Shown here: positions 49,282 through 57,633 of the stretch, piece after piece
How the letters are laid out: every line of letters starts with the position of its first letter
How positions within the stretch are numbered: position 1 is the stretch's first letter
Assembly: GCA_024405815.1 (NCBI GenBank)
Contig: JAKSNX010000001.1
Location: 2,711 to 66,710, forward strand
Direction: 5' to 3'
Length of the DNA: 64,000 nucleotides
DNA from: Paludibacteraceae bacterium
Lineage (GTDB): Bacteria > Bacteroidota > Bacteroidia > Bacteroidales > Paludibacteraceae
Notes under the pieces: generated by a model
What the model was told of the DNA's origin: nothing
What the model saw: only the letters and a program-made list of their open reading frames with translations
Database searches by the model: none
Position numbers and translations under genes: made by a program

Positions 49282-50400
49282 ATGGACAATTTTGTAGTAT
49301 CGGCGTTAAAGTACAGACCTGCCACATTTGACACTGTGGTTGGTCAGAAATCACTTGTAACTACTCTGCGTAATGCCATAAAAACAGGCCAGATATCACA
49401 TGCATACCTGTTTTGCGGACCAAGAGGCGTAGGCAAGACCACCACTGCCCGTATATTTGCAAAAAACATAAACTGTCTGAACCCCACCGCTGATGGCGAT
49501 GCATGCGGAGAGTGTGAATCGTGTAAGGCGTTTGAGGAAAAACGCTCAATGAACATTCATGAACTAGATGCTGCTTCAAATAACAGTGTTGACGACATTC
49601 GTGGGCTTATAGAGCAAGTACGCATACCACCCCAAATAGGGAAATACAGCGTATATATAATAGATGAGGTTCACATGTTATCTCAGAGTGCCTTTAACGC
49701 ATTTCTTAAGACACTTGAGGAGCCACCTGCGTATGCCATCTTTATACTTGCAACCACAGAGAAGAACAAAATTCTGCCTACCATAATATCCAGATGTCAG
49801 GTTTATGACTTTAACCGTATGAGCGTTAATGACACCGTGAATCATCTAAAAAACATTGCAAAAAAGGAGGGGATAGAAGCAGAAGATGAAGCACTTAACG
49901 TTATAGCTGTTAAAGCTGACGGAGGTATGCGTGACGCATTGTCCATTTTTGACCGTGTAGTTAGCTTTTGCGGTAACAAAATTACCTACAAGGATGTCAT
50001 AGATGACCTTAACATTCTGGATTACAACTACTATTTTAAAAGTGTGGATTTGTTCCTAAACAAGGATATCAGTGGAGCTCTTATGATGTTTGATGAGATT
50101 CTATCTGCAGGATTTGACGCTCATAACTACGTTTTAGGACTGATGGAACATCTGCGTAATGTATTGGTGTGCAAGGATAGCGTTACGGTGCAGTTACTTG
50201 AGGTTGGAGATTCAATTAAGGAATCATATATCAAGCAGGCGGAAAGATGTACTCAAGAATTTTTATTTGAGGCATTGGAAGTTGCAAATGACTGTGATTT
50301 AGGCTATAAGCAAAGTAAAAACAAGCGGCTTACAGTAGAGTTGATGTTAATCCGGATGTGCCAACTTCTGGAGCAAAAAAAAAATCAGGATAAGGAATAG
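49282..50400 (+). CDS. dnaX: DNA polymerase III subunit gamma/tau, zero-frame product (clamp-loader domains I-III, 372 aa) ending 5 codons after an A10 run
   Basis: GPRGVGKTT Walker A, zinc module CGECESCKAF, IIDEVHMLS, and sensor SRCQ. The zero frame reads ...EQKKNQDKE then stop. Confidence 0.9.
   Translation: MDNFVVSALKYRPATFDTVVGQKSLVTTLRNAIKTGQISHAYLFCGPRGVGKTTTARIFAKNINCLNPTADGDACGECESCKAFEEKRSMNIHELDAASNNSVDDIRGLIEQVRIPPQIGKYSVYIIDEVHMLSQSAFNAFLKTLEEPPAYAIFILATTEKNKILPTIISRCQVYDFNRMSVNDTVNHLKNIAKKEGIEAEDEALNVIAVKADGGMRDALSIFDRVVSFCGNKITYKDVIDDLNILDYNYYFKSVDLFLNKDISGALMMFDEILSAGFDAHNYVLGLMEHLRNVLVCKDSVTVQLLEVGDSIKESYIKQAERCTQEFLFEALEVANDCDLGYKQSKNKRLTVELMLIRMCQLLEQKKNQDKE
50375..50384 (+). 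other. dnaX: A10 homopolymer inside dnaX: candidate transcriptional-slippage/frameshift site, or a homopolymer indel
   Basis: Ten consecutive A. The run lies inside the only 50 nt interval (50351-50400) where both the zero frame and the +1 frame are open. Confidence 0.8.
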
Positions 50401-50974
50401 ACGCAAGATATTACCATTTTTCCCAAGTATTGAAGAATCTCCAAAATTCTCACTCCCTATTAAAACCTCTGTAGTAGAGGCTAAAGAAACAGCCCCAAAA
50501 AAGCCTGTTGCAATCAAATATAACGGAAAGATAGACCTATCACTAAATGCAGCACTTACAACTACCGCCCAATCTGCCAAAGCAGAGCATACTGCAAATG
50601 GTGTGCAACGTAACGAGGAGGTGAATGAAGAGTATTTGGCTCAATTATGGATACGTTTTCCAGCCTATATCAAGCAAAAATCAAGTCTTCACTATATTTT
50701 CCGTAAACCTCCATTGTGGGTTAGTGCAGAAAACATGGTAAAAGTGGAGATATCGGGAAAAATAGCGGCAGAAGAGATGACTGATATTCTGCCAAAACTT
50801 ACTAAATACTTACAAGACAACTTAAAAAATGATTCCATTCACATTAAGTTGGAAATAGATGAGTCAAAAGCGGGAAACATGGACCTCTCTCCAGCTGGCA
50901 AGGCAAAAGCTATGGCACAAAAGAACGAGAAATTAAGAGACCTATGCCGCAAACTGAATTTAGATTTTGCATAA
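50384..50974 (+). CDS. dnaX: dnaX C-terminal (tau-specific) portion, encoded in the +1 frame relative to 49282..50400
   Basis: The +1 frame is open from 50351 to 50974: IRIRNRRKILPFFPSIEESPKFSLPIKTSVVEAKETAPKKPV...EEYLAQLWIRFPAYIKQ...LCRKLNLDFA. The ORF track reports only 50603..50974, starting at GTG. There is no plausible independent ATG. The joined product would be about 563 aa. Confidence 0.7.
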   Translation: MRIRNRRKILPFFPSIEESPKFSLPIKTSVVEAKETAPKKPVAIKYNGKIDLSLNAALTTTAQSAKAEHTANGVQRNEEVNEEYLAQLWIRFPAYIKQKSSLHYIFRKPPLWVSAENMVKVEISGKIAAEEMTDILPKLTKYLQDNLKNDSIHIKLEIDESKAGNMDLSPAGKAKAMAQKNEKLRDLCRKLNLDFA

Positions 50975-50984
50975 CTTATTGTAT

Positions 50985-51293
50985 ATGAACATACTACGTA
51001 AAATATTCAACAAATATACCATAACCTTGGCTGTATTCCTGTTTTTTCTGTTCCTTGGAGAAAAGCACAACTTACGGCAACGTGCCAAATACAAGCACGA
51101 GATAGAGGAACTGGAGAAAGAGATTGAATACTATAAATCTGAAACAGAGAAGATTAACGAGCGTCTTAAAGAACTTACCCTTGAGAATGAAAATCTGGAG
51201 CGTTTTGCCCGTGAACAGTATCTTATGAAAAATCCCGATGAAGACGTATATGTAATAAGGGACAAGGGACAAGGGTCAAGGGTCAAGGACTAA
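50985..51293 (+). CDS. Septum formation initiator family protein (FtsB/DivIC-like), 102 aa
   Basis: The ATG at 50985 lies after the dnaX stop. It has an N-terminal TM helix (ITLAVFLFFLFL) and a coiled coil (HEIEELEKEIEYYKSETEKINERLKELTLENENLERFAREQY). Confidence 0.7.
   Translation: MNILRKIFNKYTITLAVFLFFLFLGEKHNLRQRAKYKHEIEELEKEIEYYKSETEKINERLKELTLENENLERFAREQYLMKNPDEDVYVIRDKGQGSRVKD
51259..51290. repeat. Tandem heptanucleotide repeat (GGGACAA x2, GGGTCAA x2, plus partial GGAC)
   Basis: Read directly from the sequence. It occupies the last 11 codons of the ftsB-like ORF and touches the stop codon of the convergent gene. Confidence 0.8.
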
Positions 51294-52246
51294 TGTTTTG
51301 CCCAATACCACAGTTTAAGTAGGGGGTTGTTGATTTTTGAAATCTGCGAGAAAGGGGTTAATACAGCCCCGAATGATTGGTTTTTCAGAGCCACACCATG
51401 TATCATACTGCCCTCAAAATCGTAATTTTTAGTCTTGGTAGAGAGATACTCAATAGCTTTATATACAATCAATGTTGACGCTCCACTACTACGGAATCTA
51501 TCATCAATGTATATTACAAGATTATAAGCCGAAACATTGTCCCACACTACAAATAGAGCTGTGGCAAGTTCTTCTTTTTCACTATAAAGAGAAAATATCT
51601 GCCCCTGTCCCTTGTCAGATGTGGCTTTATGTATGTTAAGAAATCTATTTTTTGAATAAAATATCTTTTGTCCTTCTGACCTCAACTGAGAAGCATATAA
51701 ATCATAAAAAGTCTCTGCGTTAAGATTTAACCTTAATTCAAAATTTCCCATAGCCTTTGCCAACGGTTTTTGGCGTTTGCGGTGCGACATACCGCTTAAC
51801 ACAGCATCTAAATCAGATATATTTCCCAATCTATATGTATATCTGGTTGTTTGTGAAAATCCATTCCAATAAAACGGCTGCCAATAATTCTGCGAATAGT
51901 GGAAATTAAGTTCAAACAAATCTGGTTTAAGAGCATCTATCTGCCCAATTAAATCATTATAAGTCTCATTCTCAAAACTGTAACGGGACTCTATGGTAAG
52001 GTTATCGGGGTAGAACAGCCATGTGCCACTATATTGTGTAAGGGTTGCCGGCACAATAAGAAACCTGCCCATTTTTTTTACATAGTGATACACAAATACT
52101 CCGCTTACACCCCCGTTCTTATCATACGATAAAAGAGCGTTCCAATCATCACCGCAAGCGGCATCCATCCACCAAGTCTGAAGAAACAATGGAATTTCAG
52201 GATGTTTCTCGCACAATTTTCTATATTCTCTCTTATTATCCTCCAT
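51290..52246 (-). CDS. FemAB-like / GNAT-fold acyltransferase family protein (tentative)
   Basis: 318 aa. The overall pattern (N-terminal IPLFLQTWWMDA..., C-terminal ...ALFVVWDNVSAYNLV...GASTLIVYKAIEY...YDFEGS) resembles the BioF2-like/FemAB acetyltransferase proteins seen in polysaccharide loci. This rests on my recollection of the family, not a search. Confidence 0.45.
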   Translation of the reverse strand: MEDNKREYRKLCEKHPEIPLFLQTWWMDAACGDDWNALLSYDKNGGVSGVFVYHYVKKMGRFLIVPATLTQYSGTWLFYPDNLTIESRYSFENETYNDLIGQIDALKPDLFELNFHYSQNYWQPFYWNGFSQTTRYTYRLGNISDLDAVLSGMSHRKRQKPLAKAMGNFELRLNLNAETFYDLYASQLRSEGQKIFYSKNRFLNIHKATSDKGQGQIFSLYSEKEELATALFVVWDNVSAYNLVIYIDDRFRSSGASTLIVYKAIEYLSTKTKNYDFEGSMIHGVALKNQSFGAVLTPFSQISKINNPLLKLWYWAKH

Positions 52247-52308
52247 ATTATATCTGCAAATTTAGTCATTTTTTTCAAATTATGGATTTTTTTACCTATT
52301 TTTGTGGT

Positions 52309-54261
52309 ATGAAAACAGTATATACTCACTTGCTGCTTACAAGATTTAATGTACGTGAATCTGAACAATACAAACTTGCCCTTGACAAGCAATGGCTGGA
52401 ATACAGATTTAGCCTATTTGACAAATACTGTTTCCCCTCCGTCCAAAAACAAACAAATACAGATTTTAAATGGATATTACTCTTTGACAAATCCACTCCC
52501 GAATGCTACAAAAATTTGGAATCCAAATATCAAAAGCAAGTTGATTTTGAGTTGCACTTTGAGTATATAGATGGTTGGTACGATGACAAGAATCTTCCAT
52601 CCATTCTTTACAAATATATAAATCCCGATAGTTCCCATATAGTTACATCACGTATTGATAATGATGACGCTATCTCTCTGAACTATATGGAAGAGGTAAA
52701 AAAAAGAATTGAATTTAACGAGAATAGCACTTTCATATCTTTTGAAAACGGATTGCAGTATTTCTCTGCAAAATCACTTCTATACAAGGTTAAATACAAA
52801 CAAAATCATTTTATCACCCTTGTGGAGCCACTTGGCAAACCATTTTTTTCTGTTCTGAACTATAATCACACAACCGCTGATAAAGCAGGTGATTTTATTG
52901 TTTACAATACAACCTGTCCCATGTGGAAGGAAATTGTTCATGGAGGTAATCTTCTTAATGATTACACCCCTGTATATAAATATACGGCAACCAACATAAA
53001 ATCACAACTATCACTACAAGGTATGCGGCTTAAATATCTATTCAATATCACTAAGAAATACAGTCTTGTACTATCAAACTATCTGTATGGCACATCTGCA
53101 ACCATTGCCAACGCACTTATAAGCCTGTTGATTTATCCCTACGTAATACGTGCATTGGGTATTGAAAAATACGGATTATACGCATTTGCCATGATTATTG
53201 CAAACACCATAATACAAATTGAGAGCACCCCTTTCAACCTTCCGTTTGGCAAAGATGTGGCAATGGCAGGGAACAACACTTTAAAAAAATCGGAGATATT
53301 CTCAACGGTGATGTCCGCAAAACTATTGTTAATTGCATCTTTTTCCCTTATCTTCTTTCCAGTGGTTATTTTACTTCCTCAAGCGGAACCCTATAGAATG
53401 GTGCTGATAATTTCATATCTTTCAATCCTCGGCAATCCTTTTATGCCTAATTGGTACTATCAGGCAATACAAAAAACAAAAATAATTGCATATATCCAAA
53501 TATCCATACGTTTGTTGTCAATACCATTTATACTGCTACTTATAAAAGAACCTTACCATATTATCAGATTTGCCATAATATATACCGCAAGCACGCTGTT
53601 ATGTGCGTTGGTATCATTTATCTATCTAAAAAAGAAAGAGTGTCTGATTATAATATTCACACCATTGCAAAAGTCATGGCAAGCCATACGCAGATGTGTA
53701 CCTACACTTACAGATACATTATCAGAGTCATTTATCAAACACCTTGCAGGAATTATGGTTGGCTCAGCATTTGGAATGGTTGAGATGGCTTACTACGATT
53801 TAGCAAATAAATTGACACAGGTAATAAGTTACTGCCTATCCGGTATCAACAATGCCCTTATGCCTTATGTGGTATCTACCAATAAGCGTAATATGGCAGA
53901 TAAAATGATTAGGTATGAGATTTTACTTGGCTTGCTAATTACTGCATTAGTGGTACTTATAGGCAAACCTGCAATATGGTTGTTGGGTGGCAGTGAAATG
54001 GAGCCTGCATACCTGTTAACCATTATTTTAACAATAGCATTATTAGCGGATTTCATCAGTGACGGCATTATTTCCCTTCTTCTTATTCCATCGGGCAAAT
54101 TAAAAGAAATACCCTACGGAAGATATATTGCACTTGCAAGTTTTCTTCTTTTCTGTCCATTTGTCAGTTATTTCTCATATATTTACACGATTCTTGCAAT
54201 TTTAATTGCAAGTGTACTGCGTTTTTTGTACTTTTGCAATTTATATACACGCAAATTTTAA
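52309..54261 (+). CDS. Fusion protein: N-terminal putative glycosyl(rhamnosyl)transferase-like domain (about 240 aa) plus C-terminal Wzx-type (MOP superfamily) polysaccharide flippase (about 410 aa)
   Basis: Single ORF, 650 aa from the ATG at 52309. The N-terminal part has LLTRFN, WLEYRFSLFDKYCFPSVQKQTNTDFKWILLFD and SRIDNDDAIS, a pattern like the 'putative rhamnosyl transferase' family. From about 53023 it carries a typical Wzx N-terminus (ANALISLLIYPYVIRALGIEKYGLYAF) followed by multiple TM helices. Confidence 0.65.
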   Translation: MKTVYTHLLLTRFNVRESEQYKLALDKQWLEYRFSLFDKYCFPSVQKQTNTDFKWILLFDKSTPECYKNLESKYQKQVDFELHFEYIDGWYDDKNLPSILYKYINPDSSHIVTSRIDNDDAISLNYMEEVKKRIEFNENSTFISFENGLQYFSAKSLLYKVKYKQNHFITLVEPLGKPFFSVLNYNHTTADKAGDFIVYNTTCPMWKEIVHGGNLLNDYTPVYKYTATNIKSQLSLQGMRLKYLFNITKKYSLVLSNYLYGTSATIANALISLLIYPYVIRALGIEKYGLYAFAMIIANTIIQIESTPFNLPFGKDVAMAGNNTLKKSEIFSTVMSAKLLLIASFSLIFFPVVILLPQAEPYRMVLIISYLSILGNPFMPNWYYQAIQKTKIIAYIQISIRLLSIPFILLLIKEPYHIIRFAIIYTASTLLCALVSFIYLKKKECLIIIFTPLQKSWQAIRRCVPTLTDTLSESFIKHLAGIMVGSAFGMVEMAYYDLANKLTQVISYCLSGINNALMPYVVSTNKRNMADKMIRYEILLGLLITALVVLIGKPAIWLLGGSEMEPAYLLTIILTIALLADFISDGIISLLLIPSGKLKEIPYGRYIALASFLLFCPFVSYFSYIYTILAILIASVLRFLYFCNLYTRKF

Positions 54262-54279
54262 TCGTTATTACTTAAATAA

Positions 54280-55752
54280 ATGGCAAAAGAACTTACTTCA
54301 CGCAGTGAGAATTATTCACAGTGGTACAATGATTTAGTGGTAAAAGCTGACCTTGCAGAGCAATCTGCGGTTAGAGGTTGTATGGTTATTAAACCATACG
54401 GTTATGCTATTTGGGAAAAGATGCAGCATGAACTTGACCGTATGTTTAAGGAGACAGGGCATGTAAACGCATATTTCCCATTATTTATTCCAAAATCTTT
54501 CTTAAGCAAAGAGGCAGACCATGTAGAGGGGTTTGCAAAGGAGTGTGCCGTTGTAACCCATTACCGTCTTAAAACAAATCCCGATGGCAGCGGCGTAGTA
54601 GTTGACCCTGAGGCTAAACTTGAAGAAGAACTGATAGTACGCCCTACATCAGAAACCATTATTTGGAGCACATACAAGAATTGGATTCATTCTTATAGAG
54701 ACCTTCCTATACTTTGCAATCAATGGGCTAACGTGGTGCGTTGGGAGATGCGTACACGCTTATTTCTGCGTACAGCGGAGTTCCTTTGGCAAGAGGGGCA
54801 TACAGCACACGCCACCCGTGAGGAGGCTGAGGCTGAGGCTAAAAAGATGCTTGATGTTTATGCTGATTTTGCAGAAAACTTTATGGCAGTGCCTGTAATA
54901 CGTGGTGTAAAATCTGCCAATGAGCGTTTTGCAGGAGCACTTGAGACATACTGCATAGAGGCACTTATGCAAGACGGCAAAGCGTTGCAAGCTGGAACTT
55001 CACACTTCCTTGGGCAGAATTTTGCTAAAGCGTTTGATGTTACATTTCTAAACAAAGAGAATCAGCAGGAGTTGGTATGGGCTACATCTTGGGGTGTTTC
55101 CACACGTCTTATGGGTGCTTTAATTATGACCCACTCTGATGATAACGGGCTTGTGTTGCCTCCAAACCTTGCTCCATATCAGGTAGTTATAGTACCAATT
55201 TATAAAAATGAGGAGCAACTTGCCACCATAGATGCCAAAGTAGCGGAAATCACCGCTAAACTAAAAGCACTTGGCATATCTTATAAATACGACAATTCAG
55301 ATAACAAACGTCCAGGCTTTAAATTTGCAGAATACGAGCTTAAAGGTGTTCCTGTAAGACTTGCAATAGGTGCAAGAGACATTGAGAACGGCACCATAGA
55401 GGTATCACGCCGTGACACTATGGAGAAAGAGACCCGCACCATAGATGACATCGGGTCATATATAAAAGAACTGCTTGCTGATATTCAGAAAAACATATTT
55501 AAGAAAGCGTTTAACTACCGTGCATCTGTTACCCGTAATGTAGATACCTACGATGAGTTTAAGGTAGAGATTGAGAAGGGCGGCTTTTTGATGTGCCACT
55601 GGGACGGCACCCCTGAGACAGAGGAGAAGATAAAAGAAGAGACCAAAGCCACTATACGCTGTATCCCTCTTGACGGAGATATGACTCCAGGCAAGTGTAT
55701 GGTTACAGGCAAACCATCAAAACAAAGAGTTGTATTTGCAAGAGCGTACTAA
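54280..55752 (+). CDS. proS: Proline-tRNA ligase (archaeal/eukaryote-like short type, 490 aa)
   Basis: Class II aaRS motifs: [37 protein letters not shown] and WGVSTR. The C-terminal zinc-binding-like end is [18 protein letters not shown]. Confidence 0.95.
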   Translation: MAKELTSRSENYSQWYNDLVVKADLAEQSAVRGCMVIKPYGYAIWEKMQHELDRMFKETGHVNAYFPLFIPKSFLSKEADHVEGFAKECAVVTHYRLKTNPDGSGVVVDPEAKLEEELIVRPTSETIIWSTYKNWIHSYRDLPILCNQWANVVRWEMRTRLFLRTAEFLWQEGHTAHATREEAEAEAKKMLDVYADFAENFMAVPVIRGVKSANERFAGALETYCIEALMQDGKALQAGTSHFLGQNFAKAFDVTFLNKENQQELVWATSWGVSTRLMGALIMTHSDDNGLVLPPNLAPYQVVIVPIYKNEEQLATIDAKVAEITAKLKALGISYKYDNSDNKRPGFKFAEYELKGVPVRLAIGARDIENGTIEVSRRDTMEKETRTIDDIGSYIKELLADIQKNIFKKAFNYRASVTRNVDTYDEFKVEIEKGGFLMCHWDGTPETEEKIKEETKATIRCIPLDGDMTPGKCMVTGKPSKQRVVFARAY

Positions 55753-55754
55753 AA

Positions 55755-57044
55755 ATGCACAATCATACTTACAAGAATAAGGATGTATTACGTATTGGTG
55801 GCAATGTAATATCATTGGCACTTGTAAATGGTGTGGGATTACTTTCCCCACTAATTTTGATTCCATATCTGCTCAGAGTTATTGGCAGTGAAGAATATGG
55901 AATATACATATTCTCTTGGACATTTATAAATTATTTTGTCATATTGGTCAATTATGGATATGACTTTTATGCCACTAAGGAGATTGCCACCCACAAGGGA
56001 GATGCAGATTACATATCCAAATTATTTTGTGACATAACTGTCAGTAGATTGCTTTTGTCTATCCTATCTCTTATAATTGTGTGCATTGGTGTATTCTGCA
56101 TACCAACTCTCAATACGCACAAGACTTTTATCCTTCTTGGAGTTGGCGTTTTCATTGGACAGGCAATACACCCTACATGGATATTTCAAGGTATGGAGCA
56201 AATGGGGTTTATAACCATTATTACTTTATTAACAAGAGTCATTCCTATTATCCTTGTATTTATTTTTGTAAAAAATGCTGACAATGCCTATCTGGTAATG
56301 TTGTTTCAATCAATAGGTTACCTTATTGGAGGATTTACATCAACAGTACTTGCCGTAAAAAGATACGGCATAAAATTCTTCAAATCAAGCCTATCAGATA
56401 TAACAGATAAAATAAAAGCCGCATGGACACTATTTGTCACAACGATAGGCATCACCCTATACAGAGAGACCAACGTTGTCATTCTTGGATTTATGACAGG
56501 AAATTACATCATTGTAGGCTATTATTCAATTGCAGACAAATTCATACGGCTGTGTCAAATGACAATCACACCATTCGTACAAGCACTATACCCTTACTTT
56601 GGCAACAAATTCAAAAATAGTACTTCAGCATATACCGCATTAAAGGAAGCGAGTGTATATCTAACAGCATTTCTTGTGCTGTTAACCACTATCATCTTAT
56701 TTACGGCGGACTATATGGTTGACTTTTACGTTGGTAAACCTTCACCTGAAATTGCTTTTGACCTACGTATTATGACACCAATACTTATTTTCAGCGGATT
56801 CTCAAGTCTGCTTGGATTAGCCGGATTAGTAAATATCGGGGAGGAAAGGAGAATGATGTGGTTTGTACTTTTGGCTGGTGTTGTCAATATTTTCGCATCA
56901 CTGCTGCTGTCTCAATCAATGGGCGATACAGGAGCTGCAATTGCAATAACATCAGCTGAATTTATCCTCTGTATAATGGTTTTAGTATGTTTCATAAAAA
57001 ATATGCGTACAAATGAAAAAAACACTGTCACAAATATTATCTGA
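55755..57044 (+). CDS. wzx: Wzx-type oligosaccharide flippase (MOP superfamily), 429 aa
   Basis: The ATG at 55755 lies 2 nt after the proS stop. It has about 12 TM helices. The N-terminal pattern NGVGLLSPLILIPYLLRVIGSEEYGIYIF is typical of Wzx. Confidence 0.75.
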   Translation: MHNHTYKNKDVLRIGGNVISLALVNGVGLLSPLILIPYLLRVIGSEEYGIYIFSWTFINYFVILVNYGYDFYATKEIATHKGDADYISKLFCDITVSRLLLSILSLIIVCIGVFCIPTLNTHKTFILLGVGVFIGQAIHPTWIFQGMEQMGFITIITLLTRVIPIILVFIFVKNADNAYLVMLFQSIGYLIGGFTSTVLAVKRYGIKFFKSSLSDITDKIKAAWTLFVTTIGITLYRETNVVILGFMTGNYIIVGYYSIADKFIRLCQMTITPFVQALYPYFGNKFKNSTSAYTALKEASVYLTAFLVLLTTIILFTADYMVDFYVGKPSPEIAFDLRIMTPILIFSGFSSLLGLAGLVNIGEERRMMWFVLLAGVVNIFASLLLSQSMGDTGAAIAITSAEFILCIMVLVCFIKNMRTNEKNTVTNII

Positions 57045-57633
57045 GTTGTTTTTAGCTGTTCAATTCTGTTTGTCTGCATTCCGTGGAAAACATTTCTCAA
57101 AAGTCAAACAAATATATTACGGAGCGGAATTAAAGTTACATGCAAAACATTCAGGATGTGTAAGAATAAAATCAAAACCAACCTTATCCATCAATGGAGA
57201 GTTGATTTTAGGTGACAATTTCATTGCTGGACATCACCTGAGGATAGACCTTATCTCCGAATTGAACGGACAATGTTTCAGCCCACAACTGATTATAGGA
57301 GACAATGTTTCCATTGAAGACTTCTGCCATATAGGATGCATTTCAAAAATAAGTATAGGCGACGGCACCCTTATTGCAAGCAATGTATATATAGCTGACC
57401 ACTTCCATGGCGATGGCAAACCTAACGGAAAAAGTCCTATTGAGAAACCATTGACAACAAAAGGAGAAGTCAGCATTGGCAAAAATGTTTGGATTGGAGA
57501 GCAAGTGTGCATATTACCAGGTGTATCTATTGGAGACAACTGCATTATAGGGGCAGGTTCCATAGTAACAAAATCATTCCCTGACAACTCAGTAATAGTT
57601 GGTGTCCCAGGAAATTTATTATCAGCAAAATGA
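57013..57633 (+). CDS. Hexapeptide-repeat (left-handed beta-helix) O-acetyltransferase
   Basis: 206 aa with repeated [LIV]G-x4 hexapeptides (IGDNVSI, IGDGTLI, IGKNVWIGEQVCILPGVSIGDNCIIGAGSIV). Confidence 0.8.
   Translation: MKKTLSQILSELFLAVQFCLSAFRGKHFSKVKQIYYGAELKLHAKHSGCVRIKSKPTLSINGELILGDNFIAGHHLRIDLISELNGQCFSPQLIIGDNVSIEDFCHIGCISKISIGDGTLIASNVYIADHFHGDGKPNGKSPIEKPLTTKGEVSIGKNVWIGEQVCILPGVSIGDNCIIGAGSIVTKSFPDNSVIVGVPGNLLSAK

Noticed and set aside
50603-50974. 123 aa ORF (GTG start) listed in the track as a separate gene.
   Set aside because: Its reading frame is open continuously back to 50351, across the dnaX A10 run. It has no plausible ATG or upstream signal of its own. I interpret it as the C-terminal part of dnaX rather than an independent gene.
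52071-52079. Other homopolymer runs of 7-8 nt considered as phase-variation switches: T8 at about 52071 in the FemAB-like gene, A8 at about 58187 in the wzy-like gene, and A8 at about 41414 in fmt.
   Set aside because: All are in frame with intact ORFs on both sides and no alternative open frame continues past them. That is unlike the dnaX A10 run. They are too short and too ordinary for AT-rich DNA to be called contingency loci.
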